64,000 nucleotides of DNA. Origin: an uncultured Actinomycetes bacterium (GTDB taxonomy: Bacteria; Actinomycetota; Actinomycetes; Streptosporangiales; Streptosporangiaceae). Where the stretch lies: positions 55,390 through 119,389 of the forward strand of contig CAWCUJ010000046.1 of the NCBI GenBank assembly GCA_963798675.1, in the 5' to 3' direction. The first letter of the stretch is position 1; each line of letters opens with the position of its first letter. Both the position numbers and the translations under genes were made by a program. The notes under the pieces were generated by a model. The model was not told where the DNA came from. It saw only the letters and a program-made list of their open reading frames with translations, and ran no database searches. Below, in pieces: positions 17,891 through 29,598 of this stretch.

Positions 17891-18643
17891 ATGACGGTGC
17901 TCGCCCGGCTCTGGGACAGGGTGTCGGGCAGCCAGCCGCTGCCGCCGGCCTGGGTGATCGGCCTGACCGGGCTGCTGGCCATTGTCGTCGTGCTTGACGC
18001 GCGATCCTGGCGGCTGGCCGGGAAGGTCATCACGATCGCGCACGAGGGCGGCCACGCGCTGGTCTCCGTGCTGTCCGGGCGGCGGCTTGACGGCATCAGG
18101 CTGCACGCGGACAGCTCAGGGGTGACCTACTCCCGCGGCCCGTGGCGGGGCCCCGGCCTGGTGCTCACCGCGGCGGCCGGCTATGTCATGCCGTCGCTGC
18201 TTGGCGCGGGCGCCGCGGGGCTGCTGGCGGCGCGGCACCTGACCGCGATGCTCTGGCTCGCCCTGGTGCTGCTGGCCGCGACGTTCCTGGCCGTCCGCAA
18301 CCTGTACGGCGCGATCGCGGTGCTTGTCACCGCGGGCGCGGTGGTCGCGGTGAGCTACTACGCCACGGCCGTCGTGCAGGCCGGGTTCGCCTACCTGGCC
18401 GCGTGGTTCCTGCTGTTCGGCGGGGTGCGCCCGGTGCTCGAGCTGGCCAGGGGCTCTTTGGGTCGACGCCAGCGCTGGACGCGGGGCTCCGACGCCGACC
18501 AGCTGGCCCGGCTGACCGGCACCCCGGTCGGCCTGTGGATCACGCTGTTCGTGCTGGTGTCGGTGGCCGCCCTGATCATCGGGGCCGGGCTGCTGCTGCC
18601 GCCCGGCTGGCACCCTGGCATACACTCCGGTTTGCATTCCTGA
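17891..18643 (+). CDS. M50B-type membrane metallopeptidase-like protein
   Basis: ITIAHEGGHALVSVLSGRRLDGIRLHADSSGVT plus multiple TM spans. Confidence 0.8.
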   Translation: MTVLARLWDRVSGSQPLPPAWVIGLTGLLAIVVVLDARSWRLAGKVITIAHEGGHALVSVLSGRRLDGIRLHADSSGVTYSRGPWRGPGLVLTAAAGYVMPSLLGAGAAGLLAARHLTAMLWLALVLLAATFLAVRNLYGAIAVLVTAGAVVAVSYYATAVVQAGFAYLAAWFLLFGGVRPVLELARGSLGRRQRWTRGSDADQLARLTGTPVGLWITLFVLVSVAALIIGAGLLLPPGWHPGIHSGLHS

Positions 18644-18775
18644 CGCCGCCCTGGCCCGGCGGCCCCATCCTTAGTTCGCTGATATTTCGCACTTTTCCCG
18701 AATATCGTTGACCGTATACGCCGACGCGGTTATCATCTACCGATAGTACTGTTCTGACTCCTCGAGAAGGGTCAC

Positions 18776-19561
18776 ATGGCCAGGGCTTCCGCGGTCAGAA
18801 TGCCTCCGGAGGCGAATGCCGCGCACGGCTGCGAGGGCGCCCGCCGTGTCCTCGCCTTGCTGCTCACGTTCTCCGCCGACGACAACACGCTTACCGCCCG
18901 TCAGCTCGCCGAACGCACCGGCATCGCGCTGCCAAGCGTCTACCGCTATATCACGCTGCTGCGCGAGACCGGTTTGCTGGCCGGCGACGAACGCGGCAGC
19001 TACCGGCTCTCCGCCCGGCTCATCGGCCTGGCCCGGGCGGCGGAGTCCGCCGAGAGCATCATCGACGTGGCCAATCCGGTCATGCACGACCTGGCCGAAC
19101 AGACCGGGGAGACCGTCATCCTGGTCCGGCTGATCGGCCGGTCGGCGGTGTGCGTGCACCGGGTGCAATCCGCACAGCAGCTGCGCATCTCGTTCGAGGC
19201 GGGCCAGCCGCTCCCGCTCGAGCGCGGCGCAAGCGCCCGGCTGCTGCTGGCCAGCCTGGCGCCCAATGTCCGCAAGGAATACCTGGCCCCGCTGGCCGAA
19301 CGAGACCCGGAAGCCGCCGCCCTGCTCGAGAAGAAGATCCTCGTGGCCGGCCAGCAGGGCTTCGCCACCAGCGAGGAGGAGATCCACATGGGAGTCTGGG
19401 CGGCCTCGGCCCAGGTGAAGCACGGCAAGCGCGTGGCGGCCGTGCTCACCGTGCCGTCGCCGCTTGTCCGGGCGCCCGCCGAGCAGCGGGCGCAGTTGCT
19501 GAGTCGGGTCAGGTCCGCGGCCGACCAGATCGGCGAGGGACTGCGCGTGGCGCGGCGGTGA
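18776..19561 (+). CDS. IclR-family transcriptional regulator
   Basis: wHTH LTARQLAERTGIALPSVYRYITLLRETGLL plus an IclR effector domain. Confidence 0.85.
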   Translation: MARASAVRMPPEANAAHGCEGARRVLALLLTFSADDNTLTARQLAERTGIALPSVYRYITLLRETGLLAGDERGSYRLSARLIGLARAAESAESIIDVANPVMHDLAEQTGETVILVRLIGRSAVCVHRVQSAQQLRISFEAGQPLPLERGASARLLLASLAPNVRKEYLAPLAERDPEAAALLEKKILVAGQQGFATSEEEIHMGVWAASAQVKHGKRVAAVLTVPSPLVRAPAEQRAQLLSRVRSAADQIGEGLRVARR

Positions 19562-19625
19562 GTCCGCGGGCCCGTGCGGCCCGGTCCCCTTCGCTCGCCA
19601 TCGATCTCACCGCTATCCTTCCCGC

Positions 19626-21200
<1,575 letters not shown>

Positions 21201-21241
21201 CCTCATCCAGCCTGCCCCGGCCGCACGATAACCTGACGATC

Positions 21242-22600
<1,359 letters not shown>

Positions 22601-22758
22601 CCCGGCGCCCGCCGCGTCCGGACCACCGTCGACGCCCTCCTAGGCATCAGCCTGTAGCCCGGCGCCCTCCCGCTCCGGGTGCGTGCTCGGCCAGAGGCTG
22701 GGCGCTGCGGGTGCGCGGATCGGGCGTGGCTGGAGCCTCGTTGTCAAATCATCCCGGC

Positions 22759-22795
22759 CCGCCTGTGGATAACGATCGAAGTTATCCACAGGCGG
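22759..22795. promoter_or_regulatory. Perfect 15-bp-arm palindrome upstream of DUF4192 copy 1 (candidate operator)
   Basis: ccgcctgtggataac-gatcgaa-gttatccacaggcgg, about 45 nt upstream of the ATG at 22840. The same core occurs at 26640-26672. Confidence 0.6.
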
Positions 22796-22839
22796 CCGTT
22801 TGGCCAGACTCCGAACTTGCCGGACCGCACGCTGGCCAT

Positions 22840-24078
22840 ATGACCCAAACGCTTACCGCGGGTGACGACACCCCGCACGGTCCCAAGCCCTCGCACACTC
22901 CCCAGACGCCGGCCTTTCAGGCCCCGGCCGGCCCTCAGACTCCGGACGCCCTGCAGGCGGACCCCGTGCAGGTCCGGGCCGGATCGCCCGAGTCGCTGCT
23001 CGCGATCGTGCCGCACCTGCTCGGCTTCGTGCCGCAGGCCAGCCTGGTCGTGATCGGAATGGAGGCTCCCCACGATCGGATCAAGGTCACGCTCCGCTAC
23101 GACTTGCCCGACCCGCCCGGTGCGGGGGTCTCCGTGGACATCGCCGCGCACGCTGTCGGCGTCATCGGTTCGCAGCAGCTGGCCACGCTGGTGGCGGTCG
23201 GCTACGGTCCCGGATGCCTGGTCGACCCGGTGGCGGGCGCATTGGGCGCCGCGGCGCGGACGGCCGGGATCGACGTGCTGGACGTCCTGCGCGTCGAGGA
23301 CGGGCGCTACTGGTCCTACCTGTGCGCTGATGAGGACTGCTGCCCGGCGGCCGGGACGCCGTTCGATCCCGGCGCGCATTCCGCCGCGGCCGCCATGGCC
23401 AGCGCGGGGAACCGGGTGCTGGCCGACCGGGCTGCGGTGGCGGCCCGGGTCGCGCCGGTCGGCGGCATCGCCGCGGAGTCCATGCGCCAGGCCACCCGCC
23501 GCGCCCAACAGCACGCCCGCCAGCTGCTCGCGAAGGTCCGCAAGTCCGCGCGCATCGGCGCCGCGCGGCAGTTGATCGCCGCCGAGGGCCTGAACGCGGT
23601 GGGCGCCATGATCGCGACCTACCGCGCAGGCGGTAAGTACACCACGGACTACCAGATCGCGTGGATCACGGTGGCGCTGCGCGACCTGAGGGTCAGGGAC
23701 GACGCCTGGGCCCGGATGGACCCGGCGCACGCGGACGCGCACCGGCGGCTGTGGATCGACGTGACGCGGCGGGCGCAGCCCGGCTACGTGGCCCCTCCCG
23801 CAGCTTTGCTTGCCTTCGTGGCCTGGCAGTCCGGCGACGGAGCGCTCGCGAACGTCGCGCTCGACCGGGCCGCCGCCGACGAGCCGCGGTACTCGATGGC
23901 CCTGCTGCTCCGGCAGGTGATCAGCGCCGGGGCGCCTCCGTCGCTGGCCAGGCTGCCGATGACACCGGAGGAGGTGGCCGCCAGCTATGACGACGCCGAG
24001 GAGGACGACCCGGCGGGGAGCCATGACCACTACCCGGACCCAGACGTCCACGACCCGGAACCGGGGGGCGAACAATGA
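22840..24078 (+). CDS. DUF4192 domain protein (copy 1, intact)
   Basis: SPESLLAIVPHLLGFVPQASLVVIGM...YWSYLCADEDCCPAAGTPF...LRDLRVRDDAWARMD. The ORF-track start at 22279 is a Pro/Arg-rich artefactual extension. Confidence 0.85.
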   Translation: MTQTLTAGDDTPHGPKPSHTPQTPAFQAPAGPQTPDALQADPVQVRAGSPESLLAIVPHLLGFVPQASLVVIGMEAPHDRIKVTLRYDLPDPPGAGVSVDIAAHAVGVIGSQQLATLVAVGYGPGCLVDPVAGALGAAARTAGIDVLDVLRVEDGRYWSYLCADEDCCPAAGTPFDPGAHSAAAAMASAGNRVLADRAAVAARVAPVGGIAAESMRQATRRAQQHARQLLAKVRKSARIGAARQLIAAEGLNAVGAMIATYRAGGKYTTDYQIAWITVALRDLRVRDDAWARMDPAHADAHRRLWIDVTRRAQPGYVAPPAALLAFVAWQSGDGALANVALDRAAADEPRYSMALLLRQVISAGAPPSLARLPMTPEEVAASYDDAEEDDPAGSHDHYPDPDVHDPEPGGEQ

Positions 24079-24311
24079 GGTCAGGACGATGGCAAGGGAG
24101 GCCCCGGTTGGCAAGAATCGGGCGCGGGCGGCCTGACCCGCACATCAGGGATCTGATCGATGCTGGGTCACACTCTGGCGGTGTCGCGGCGCAGGCTCCA
24201 GACGGCGCCGGCCCGGCGCGGTCCTGCCGCCCTGGCAGCGCGGCACGCTCCGCGTCGTCCCGGGTTATCTGCATGGCACGGCCCGTCGGCCTCGCCAGCG
24301 ACCCGGGGTTC

Positions 24312-24440
24312 TTACCCATCCCGGCTGCTTTTGCCGCGCCACCACCATGGGCCAAACGAGCCCGTGCGCGCCTTGCGCCATGCGATGTTCCCGACCGCCA
24401 GGAGCACCACAACGATCACGATAATCAGCTCAATACTCAT
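24312..24440 (-). CDS. Possible 42-aa hydrophobic peptide
   Basis: MSIELIIVIVVVLLAVGNIAWRKARTGSFGPWWWRGKSSRDG. GGAGGT lies 8 nt upstream of the ATG. It is the inner part of ORF 24312..24722. Confidence 0.4.
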   Translation of the reverse strand: MSIELIIVIVVVLLAVGNIAWRKARTGSFGPWWWRGKSSRDG

Positions 24441-25620
24441 CCCGGTACCTCCTGGCGCGCAGAATTGCTCAGAAGAGGTGTCGGGTCCGTATGGGGCGAC
24501 AACCCGAAGTGGTCGTCCTGCCCAAACAAGGCGTCGCTCCCAAGGAGAGACTTCTCTCACGGTACCACGGAAGAGCATAGAAGTGGCCACTGCTAGCCAG
24601 AAGTGACTTTTGAGACCCGCGGCAAGGCCCGCTGCATCTTCGTCGGAGTGTCCATAGACAGTTAGAAATAAGTCAGCTTCTATTGAGTTGCGGCATGGCC
24701 TGACGTAGCGTGAGGGTGACACGATGGATATTCCCGTAGCCGTGTTGGTCTCTGCTTAAGGCAGCTTGAGCAGCGTCCGGGAGCGTTGCTCCGGACCCTG
24801 GTAGCGCTGGCGTAGCGGATTGACCCATGAGACGCCTGGTTCGGGCAGGACGGCCGCCCGCGGTCTGTCGCCCCGTACGGGCTCGACGCCTCCTCAGCTG
24901 ACGGCGAAATGCCGTGACCATTGGATTCGACGACATGCAGGTACCCGTTTGGGTGCTGGGAACCCGCAGGTGGCAGGCCCCGGCGCTCCAGCCTCGGATG
25001 CGGTACACCGGGGAACATTCCGGTTCGGCCTCGGGTGCCCGGGCTGGTATGTGGTCCCTTCGCCGGGGCGGCCGGCCGTTCGCAGGATACCCGGAATAAG
25101 CAGGAGGACCCGATGCGATTTCGAATCCTGATTGATGCGGGCAAACCTTCTTTCGGTCTCATTTTGGGTCCTGGTCTGGAATGGTGATGGGCCAAGGTGG
25201 GCAGGCAGGGCGAGCCGCGACGGCCTCGCGTTAATGCCGGGCAGCAGCGTGGGGCGCGAGCCGCATGACGAGAAACTGAGCCTGACACCTGCGAGGTGCT
25301 CGTTGCGGCTATTCTCGTCGCACTGACACTTCCGCCGTACCGAGGGCTGCCCGTGCCATGAGGCATGAGAATCCGGCGGCGGATTCCCGGCGGCAAAACC
25401 ACCAGGCATCCTTGTCTCTGTGACGGATTGGGCGTAGTGTAAAAAAACAGGAAGGTGTACCTGTCCATCCCGCATGCGGACGAATCGATATCCCTTTCGG
25501 CTGCTCTGGACCCCGGTAGCGCCTTTGGTGCGCAATTAAGCCAAGGGTGGCATCTGACCTTTTCCGTGCTCGCTGCCGGTCAGCGACGCACGGCTTGCGA
25601 GCAGGATACGGAGCGACGCG

Positions 25621-25788
25621 ATGGCGATGGACTTGCATGACACTTTGATGGGGTCCGTACTGGTGATCTCTGCCGGGCTGACGTTCGCATACACCAGAGC
25701 CGCTTCGAAAATTCTGCTCATCCTGACTCTTATCGGTGTTGCCGCCACGATCCTCATTGGTGTGCTGCTGTTCTTTCATCTTGCCTGA
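25621..25788 (+). CDS. Possible 55-aa two-TM peptide
   Basis: MAMDLHDTLMGSVLVISAGLTFAYTRAASKILLILTLIGVAATILIGVLLFFHLA. It falls below the ORF-track length cut-off. Confidence 0.35.
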   Translation: MAMDLHDTLMGSVLVISAGLTFAYTRAASKILLILTLIGVAATILIGVLLFFHLA

Positions 25789-26032
25789 GGCGCGCTGCAA
25801 TTGGGCTAGAGCCTGAGATCTGCCCAGTGGCGGTCACTGTTTCTGCCACGGCCGTTTCAAGATCGTTCTAAGGTCAGCCTTGGCCGTTCCCGGGCTGCCG
25901 TGTGTGAGGTTGTGTCGCGATCTGGTATCGGCTCGGCGGACCTGATCATGAAGTAAGGCGAAGCCCCTGCCGCCGTTACCGGTTCTCCTGCGTCACTGCA
26001 GTAGCGGACCCTGACCGGGTGGTCACCATGGT

Positions 26033-26521
26033 TCAGGCGGCAGGGGCCAGGAGGGCACCTCGGTCGACTCGCGACTCGTCGCGATTACCGTAGCGCTCGC
26101 GTAGCGCTCGCCAGGCGTCCAGCTTCTCCGGGCGCATCTGCTGCCCGTCATACAGGTCGTGCACGTAGCAGTAGAGGACCGTCTCCCCGCCCGGACCCAG
26201 GAACTGCACAGTCAGCGACTCCCGCCCGGCGAACGACGGGAACGGGTAGGGCTCGCGTACGAACCGGATCCCGGTGATCTCATCGACCCGCACGTCCATC
26301 GTCCAGCTGGCCGCGTCGTCGCCGAGCACGACGTGCCACCAGCGCCGGTCGGCTGGCCCGCGAAAGATTGGCGTGGCCGCGCCGGTCAGGTGCGCGGTCC
26401 ACCAGCCGATGCCGAAGACGAAGATTAGCTGCCCAGACTCTGACAGCTCCGCGATCAGGCGTTCTAGTTCGCTCTCGGGCTCACTGATACCTGCGATCTT
26501 GCCCATCGCTGCGCTCCTCAC
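26033..26521 (-). CDS. Hypothetical protein (weak ChuX/HutX-like impression)
   Basis: 162-aa ORF with normal GC3 bias. ITGIRFVREPYPFPSFAGRESLTVQFLGPGGETVLYCYV. No firm family assignment. Confidence 0.6.
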   Translation of the reverse strand: MRSAAMGKIAGISEPESELERLIAELSESGQLIFVFGIGWWTAHLTGAATPIFRGPADRRWWHVVLGDDAASWTMDVRVDEITGIRFVREPYPFPSFAGRESLTVQFLGPGGETVLYCYVHDLYDGQQMRPEKLDAWRALRERYGNRDESRVDRGALLAPAA

Positions 26522-26639
26522 CCGCGGCGGCGCCGTCGCTGCTTGTGAACACAGCGCCGCGCAATTTCGATACCCGATGGACCGCAGGTTCGCGGAGCCT
26601 GGGCACGGCTGACCCTTCCGCTTTCAAGGCCCGCCGCCA

Positions 26640-26672
26640 GCCTGTGGATAAACCAAAAAGTTATCCACAGGC
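26640..26672. promoter_or_regulatory. 12-bp-arm palindrome upstream of DUF4192 copy 2 (same core as 22759-22795)
   Basis: gcctgtggataa-accaaaaag-ttatccacaggc, about 48 nt upstream of the ATG at 26720. Confidence 0.6.
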
Positions 26673-26719
26673 GGTCCCGCGGGGCTCGTTCGCCAGCCCG
26701 CCCCGGCAACGCTGGCGTC

Positions 26720-27669
26720 ATGAGACAAACCGCCACCGCGGGTGACGACACCCCGCAGACACCCCAGGCACGCCAGAGGGCACAGAGGGCCCAGACCTTC
26801 CCGGACCCTGAGCCCGGCATCGCCGTCCGGGTCAGCTCGCCCGCCGCCCTGCTGGCCGTGATCCCGCACCTGATCGGCTTCTGGCCCGCGGCCAGCGTGG
26901 TCATCATCGGGCTCGCGCCGCCACGCGACCGCATCCGCGTCACGCTCCGGTACGACCTGCCCGATCCGCCCGACGCGGAACTGGCCGCCGACGTCGCCGA
27001 GCACGCCGCGGGCGTCCTGCACGCCCAGCACCTGACCGAAGCGACGGCGGTCGGCTACGGGACCGAGACCCTGGTGACCCCGGTGGCCGAGGCCCTCCGG
27101 GCTGCGGCCGCCAAGGCCCGGATCGACCTGCGGGACTTCCTCCGGGTCGAGAACGGCCGCTTCTGGTCGTACAACTGCCATGACCAGGAATGCTGCCCGG
27201 CCGAGGGGACGCCGTTCGACGTGACCCAGCGATCCGTGGTGTCCGTGCTGGACCGCGGCGGCGAGCCGGTGCTGGCCGACCGGACCGCCCTGGCCGCCCG
27301 GGTGGCGCCGCTGGGCGGCGTCACCGCCGAGTCGATGCGCCAGGCCACCCGGCGGGCCGAGCGGCACGTCGCCCAGCGGCTCGGGAAGGTCCGCACGTCC
27401 TCCCGCCTGGGCGCGGCCCGTCAGATGATCGCCGCCGAAAGCCTGGCCGCGGTCGGCGCGATGATCGCCAGGTACCGCCGCGGCGGCCGGTTCAGCACCG
27501 ATTACGAGATCGCCCGCATCACCGTCGCCCTGCGCGACCTGAGGGTCAGGGACGACGCCTGGGCCCGGATGGATCCCGCGCACGCCGAGCCGCACCTGCG
27601 GCTGTAGATCGACGTGATCCGGCGGGCCCAGCCCGGACACGTGGCCCCTCCCGCAGCTTTGCTTGCCTT
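26720..27669 (+). pseudogene. DUF4192 copy 2, 5' part (premature TAG, then interrupted by an insertion)
   Basis: Homologous to copy 1. The Trp codon of RLWIDV is TAG at 27605-27607. Homology continues to 27669 and then breaks. Confidence 0.8.
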
Positions 27670-27842
27670 AGCGAAGTGTTGATAGTCACAGGTGATGGAA
27701 CGAAGCAATGTCTCCAGCCTAGCTTGGCGCCGTTGAGTGACCGAACCGTAACCTTTCACTTCTATCCGAATCACCGTAATGGAGGCGATAGTGAACTCTG
27801 GAGGGTGCTTCACAGGGCATAGGGGTGGGAGGCTGAGGAGAC

Positions 27843-28628
27843 ATGGTCAAGAAGGCTGTCTTGGTGGTGGTCTTGTTGGTGCTGGCACTCGCCGTCGACG
27901 GCTGTAGTTCTTCAGGAACTACGCCAACTGGACTTCGGTGCACGAACCTCAAAACGGGTGTCGTTGTACAACAAAACTGGGGTTGTTACTACTTTATGAG
28001 TAACGGAACTTCGTTCCCCTGTCATATTGACGTAACTGTAATCAAGAAACAATACTGCACGAACACAAGCGGCGAATTTTACTTTTACTATGACGGTAAG
28101 ACCTATGCTTGTGCAACCCAGAACTGCGCCAATGGTGACACTGCGTCCGCCCCTGAATCCTGCTCGCCTAAGTACACCTATAATGATCTCGTAAACGAAG
28201 GCCAAGCGTGGCGGGTCATAAATCAGCAAGCGGACCAGAACACCACTTCAGGGCCAGTCACCATCGACTTGAGCTCCACAACGGCGACCACTGTATCCGA
28301 ATCCGCTAGTGTCGAACTTTCAGTAAATGCTGATGCTCTGCTAGACATTATTTTCGTAAGCGTTCACGCGCAGATAAATGCCTCGGTATCTAAGACGGCA
28401 AGCACGGTAGTCGGAAACGCAGTAAGGGTCACTATTCCGGCAGGTATGACCGCGAATGGAATTTACGGAGTTAGAGTCCAGGTCACTAAGGGTCATCTGT
28501 ACCAAAGCAACACTTGTGGCTCAGCTAAACCGGACTACGGCAACGTCATGACGTACGTACCTCTCTCCACTGGATGGTGCGTATGGCTAAGTGATCATAC
28601 GCCTTGCCAAGCCATTCCCGGAAATTGA
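27843..28628 (+). CDS. Secreted/lipoprotein-like Cys-rich protein with a beta-rich Ser/Thr C-terminal domain
   Basis: MVKKAVLVVVLLVLALAVDGCSS signal. Seven further Cys in the next ~95 residues. The C-terminal half contains the alternating hydrophobic/polar stretch SVELSVNADALLDIIFVSVHAQINASVSKTAS. Confidence 0.7.
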   Translation: MVKKAVLVVVLLVLALAVDGCSSSGTTPTGLRCTNLKTGVVVQQNWGCYYFMSNGTSFPCHIDVTVIKKQYCTNTSGEFYFYYDGKTYACATQNCANGDTASAPESCSPKYTYNDLVNEGQAWRVINQQADQNTTSGPVTIDLSSTTATTVSESASVELSVNADALLDIIFVSVHAQINASVSKTASTVVGNAVRVTIPAGMTANGIYGVRVQVTKGHLYQSNTCGSAKPDYGNVMTYVPLSTGWCVWLSDHTPCQAIPGN

Positions 28629-28732
28629 CGCGAGTTGCCCGATCGGCTTCAGGCCCGTGGCCCGCGTCGTCACCAGGCGGTCAAGGCCGTTTAGCGGAGT
28701 GTTGCTAGAGGTTGGTGACGACGCATGTCGGC

Positions 28733-29545
28733 CTAGACCGTCTGTGTTATAGCGATTGGATATCCAATAGTGCTGGGCGCGCGATCCAGATATCTATCTG
28801 GAAAAAACATTCTGATTCTGTAAACTACGTTTACCAATTTAGGCGGTCCGATGTGCAGATTCAGACGACTCAAGAGATCGAGCATGGAGATATGCTCGCC
28901 AGTATCGCCATGGTAACGATAAGCACCTGTATCGTCCCTTAGAGGATAACTGAGCTCGGCCATTGCCGCCAGCATTGTGAGCCCGCTTATCCTGCCCTCA
29001 ACTCTTCCATCTGCCGGATAGTTCTCAACCAGGTACAGAGGGGCGGGCTCCACTGCGGGCTCTTCGCACTCAGATAGCCACATGGTCATGTCGTCCTGCG
29101 CATAAGGCCTGCCTTGGGGATGTATTGTCATGGTTTGCAGGAAACATTCTTCTCTTCGAAAAGGAACGATTTGGTCAGCGCGGCGCTCCAGCCATTGCTG
29201 CTCCCTCTCCTTATGTCCCCTGCCGTCGCGTATTAGAGCTTCTTCCTGAAGATAATTGATAACCTTACTGTACTTATCTACTATCGAGGCATCGATCAGC
29301 TGAGTGCCGATTTGCACGCCGACCGAAGGCGGAATTCCTGCATTGAAGCTCAGAGTTGGGATAAACCGTCGTCGCCGACGTCCGGATATCTGCTCATAAT
29401 AACTATTGATTCGATTGACATCAAGGTATATGTAATCCACGAGTACCATTGAGAAATATATGTCCTTATCTAGATGGATTAGTTCTTGTATCGAGCGATT
29501 GAGAGCATCCTCTAGATCGTGACTTAGATAAACGCTCCTGCGCAA
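28733..29545 (-). CDS. Hypothetical cytoplasmic protein, no recognisable family
   Basis: 270-aa ORF (TTG start in the track; alternative ATG at codon 33). No signal peptide or TM span. Convergent with 27843..28628. Confidence 0.65.
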   Translation of the reverse strand: MRRSVYLSHDLEDALNRSIQELIHLDKDIYFSMVLVDYIYLDVNRINSYYEQISGRRRRRFIPTLSFNAGIPPSVGVQIGTQLIDASIVDKYSKVINYLQEEALIRDGRGHKEREQQWLERRADQIVPFRREECFLQTMTIHPQGRPYAQDDMTMWLSECEEPAVEPAPLYLVENYPADGRVEGRISGLTMLAAMAELSYPLRDDTGAYRYHGDTGEHISMLDLLSRLNLHIGPPKLVNVVYRIRMFFPDRYLDRAPSTIGYPIAITQTV

Positions 29546-29598
29546 GAGTCAGTCGGCACGCCCTCGACGGCTCGTCACCAGCTTGGCACCATCGATTG

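Larger units (their letters stand above)
27670..29598. other. 1.9-kb low-GC insertion carrying two orphan genes
   Basis: The flanks are contiguous in copy 1 (gcttgcctt|cgtggcctggcag). Composition is visibly AT-richer than the rest of the window. No mobility gene and no clear TIR or TSD. Confidence 0.8.

Noticed and set aside
24100-26030. Group II intron, RNase P, tmRNA, 6S or another known large RNA in the ORF-poor stretch
   Set aside because: There is no reverse-transcriptase ORF. I could not find a GUGYG 5' end, a domain-V-like hairpin, GAGGAAAGUCC, a tmRNA tag or the other signature strings. It is kept only as an unclassified candidate.
22759-26672. TTATCCACA DnaA-box pairs as a chromosomal or plasmid replication origin
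   Set aside because: There are only two inverted pairs, each placed at promoter distance from a DUF4192 start codon. There is no cluster of boxes, no AT-rich unwinding element and no dnaA/dnaN/rep gene nearby. An operator is the more economical reading.
28669-28722. Inverted repeat between the two cassette genes as a terminal inverted repeat of a transposon
   Set aside because: It lies in the middle of the insert between convergent stops, so it is best read as a bidirectional terminator-like hairpin rather than an element end.
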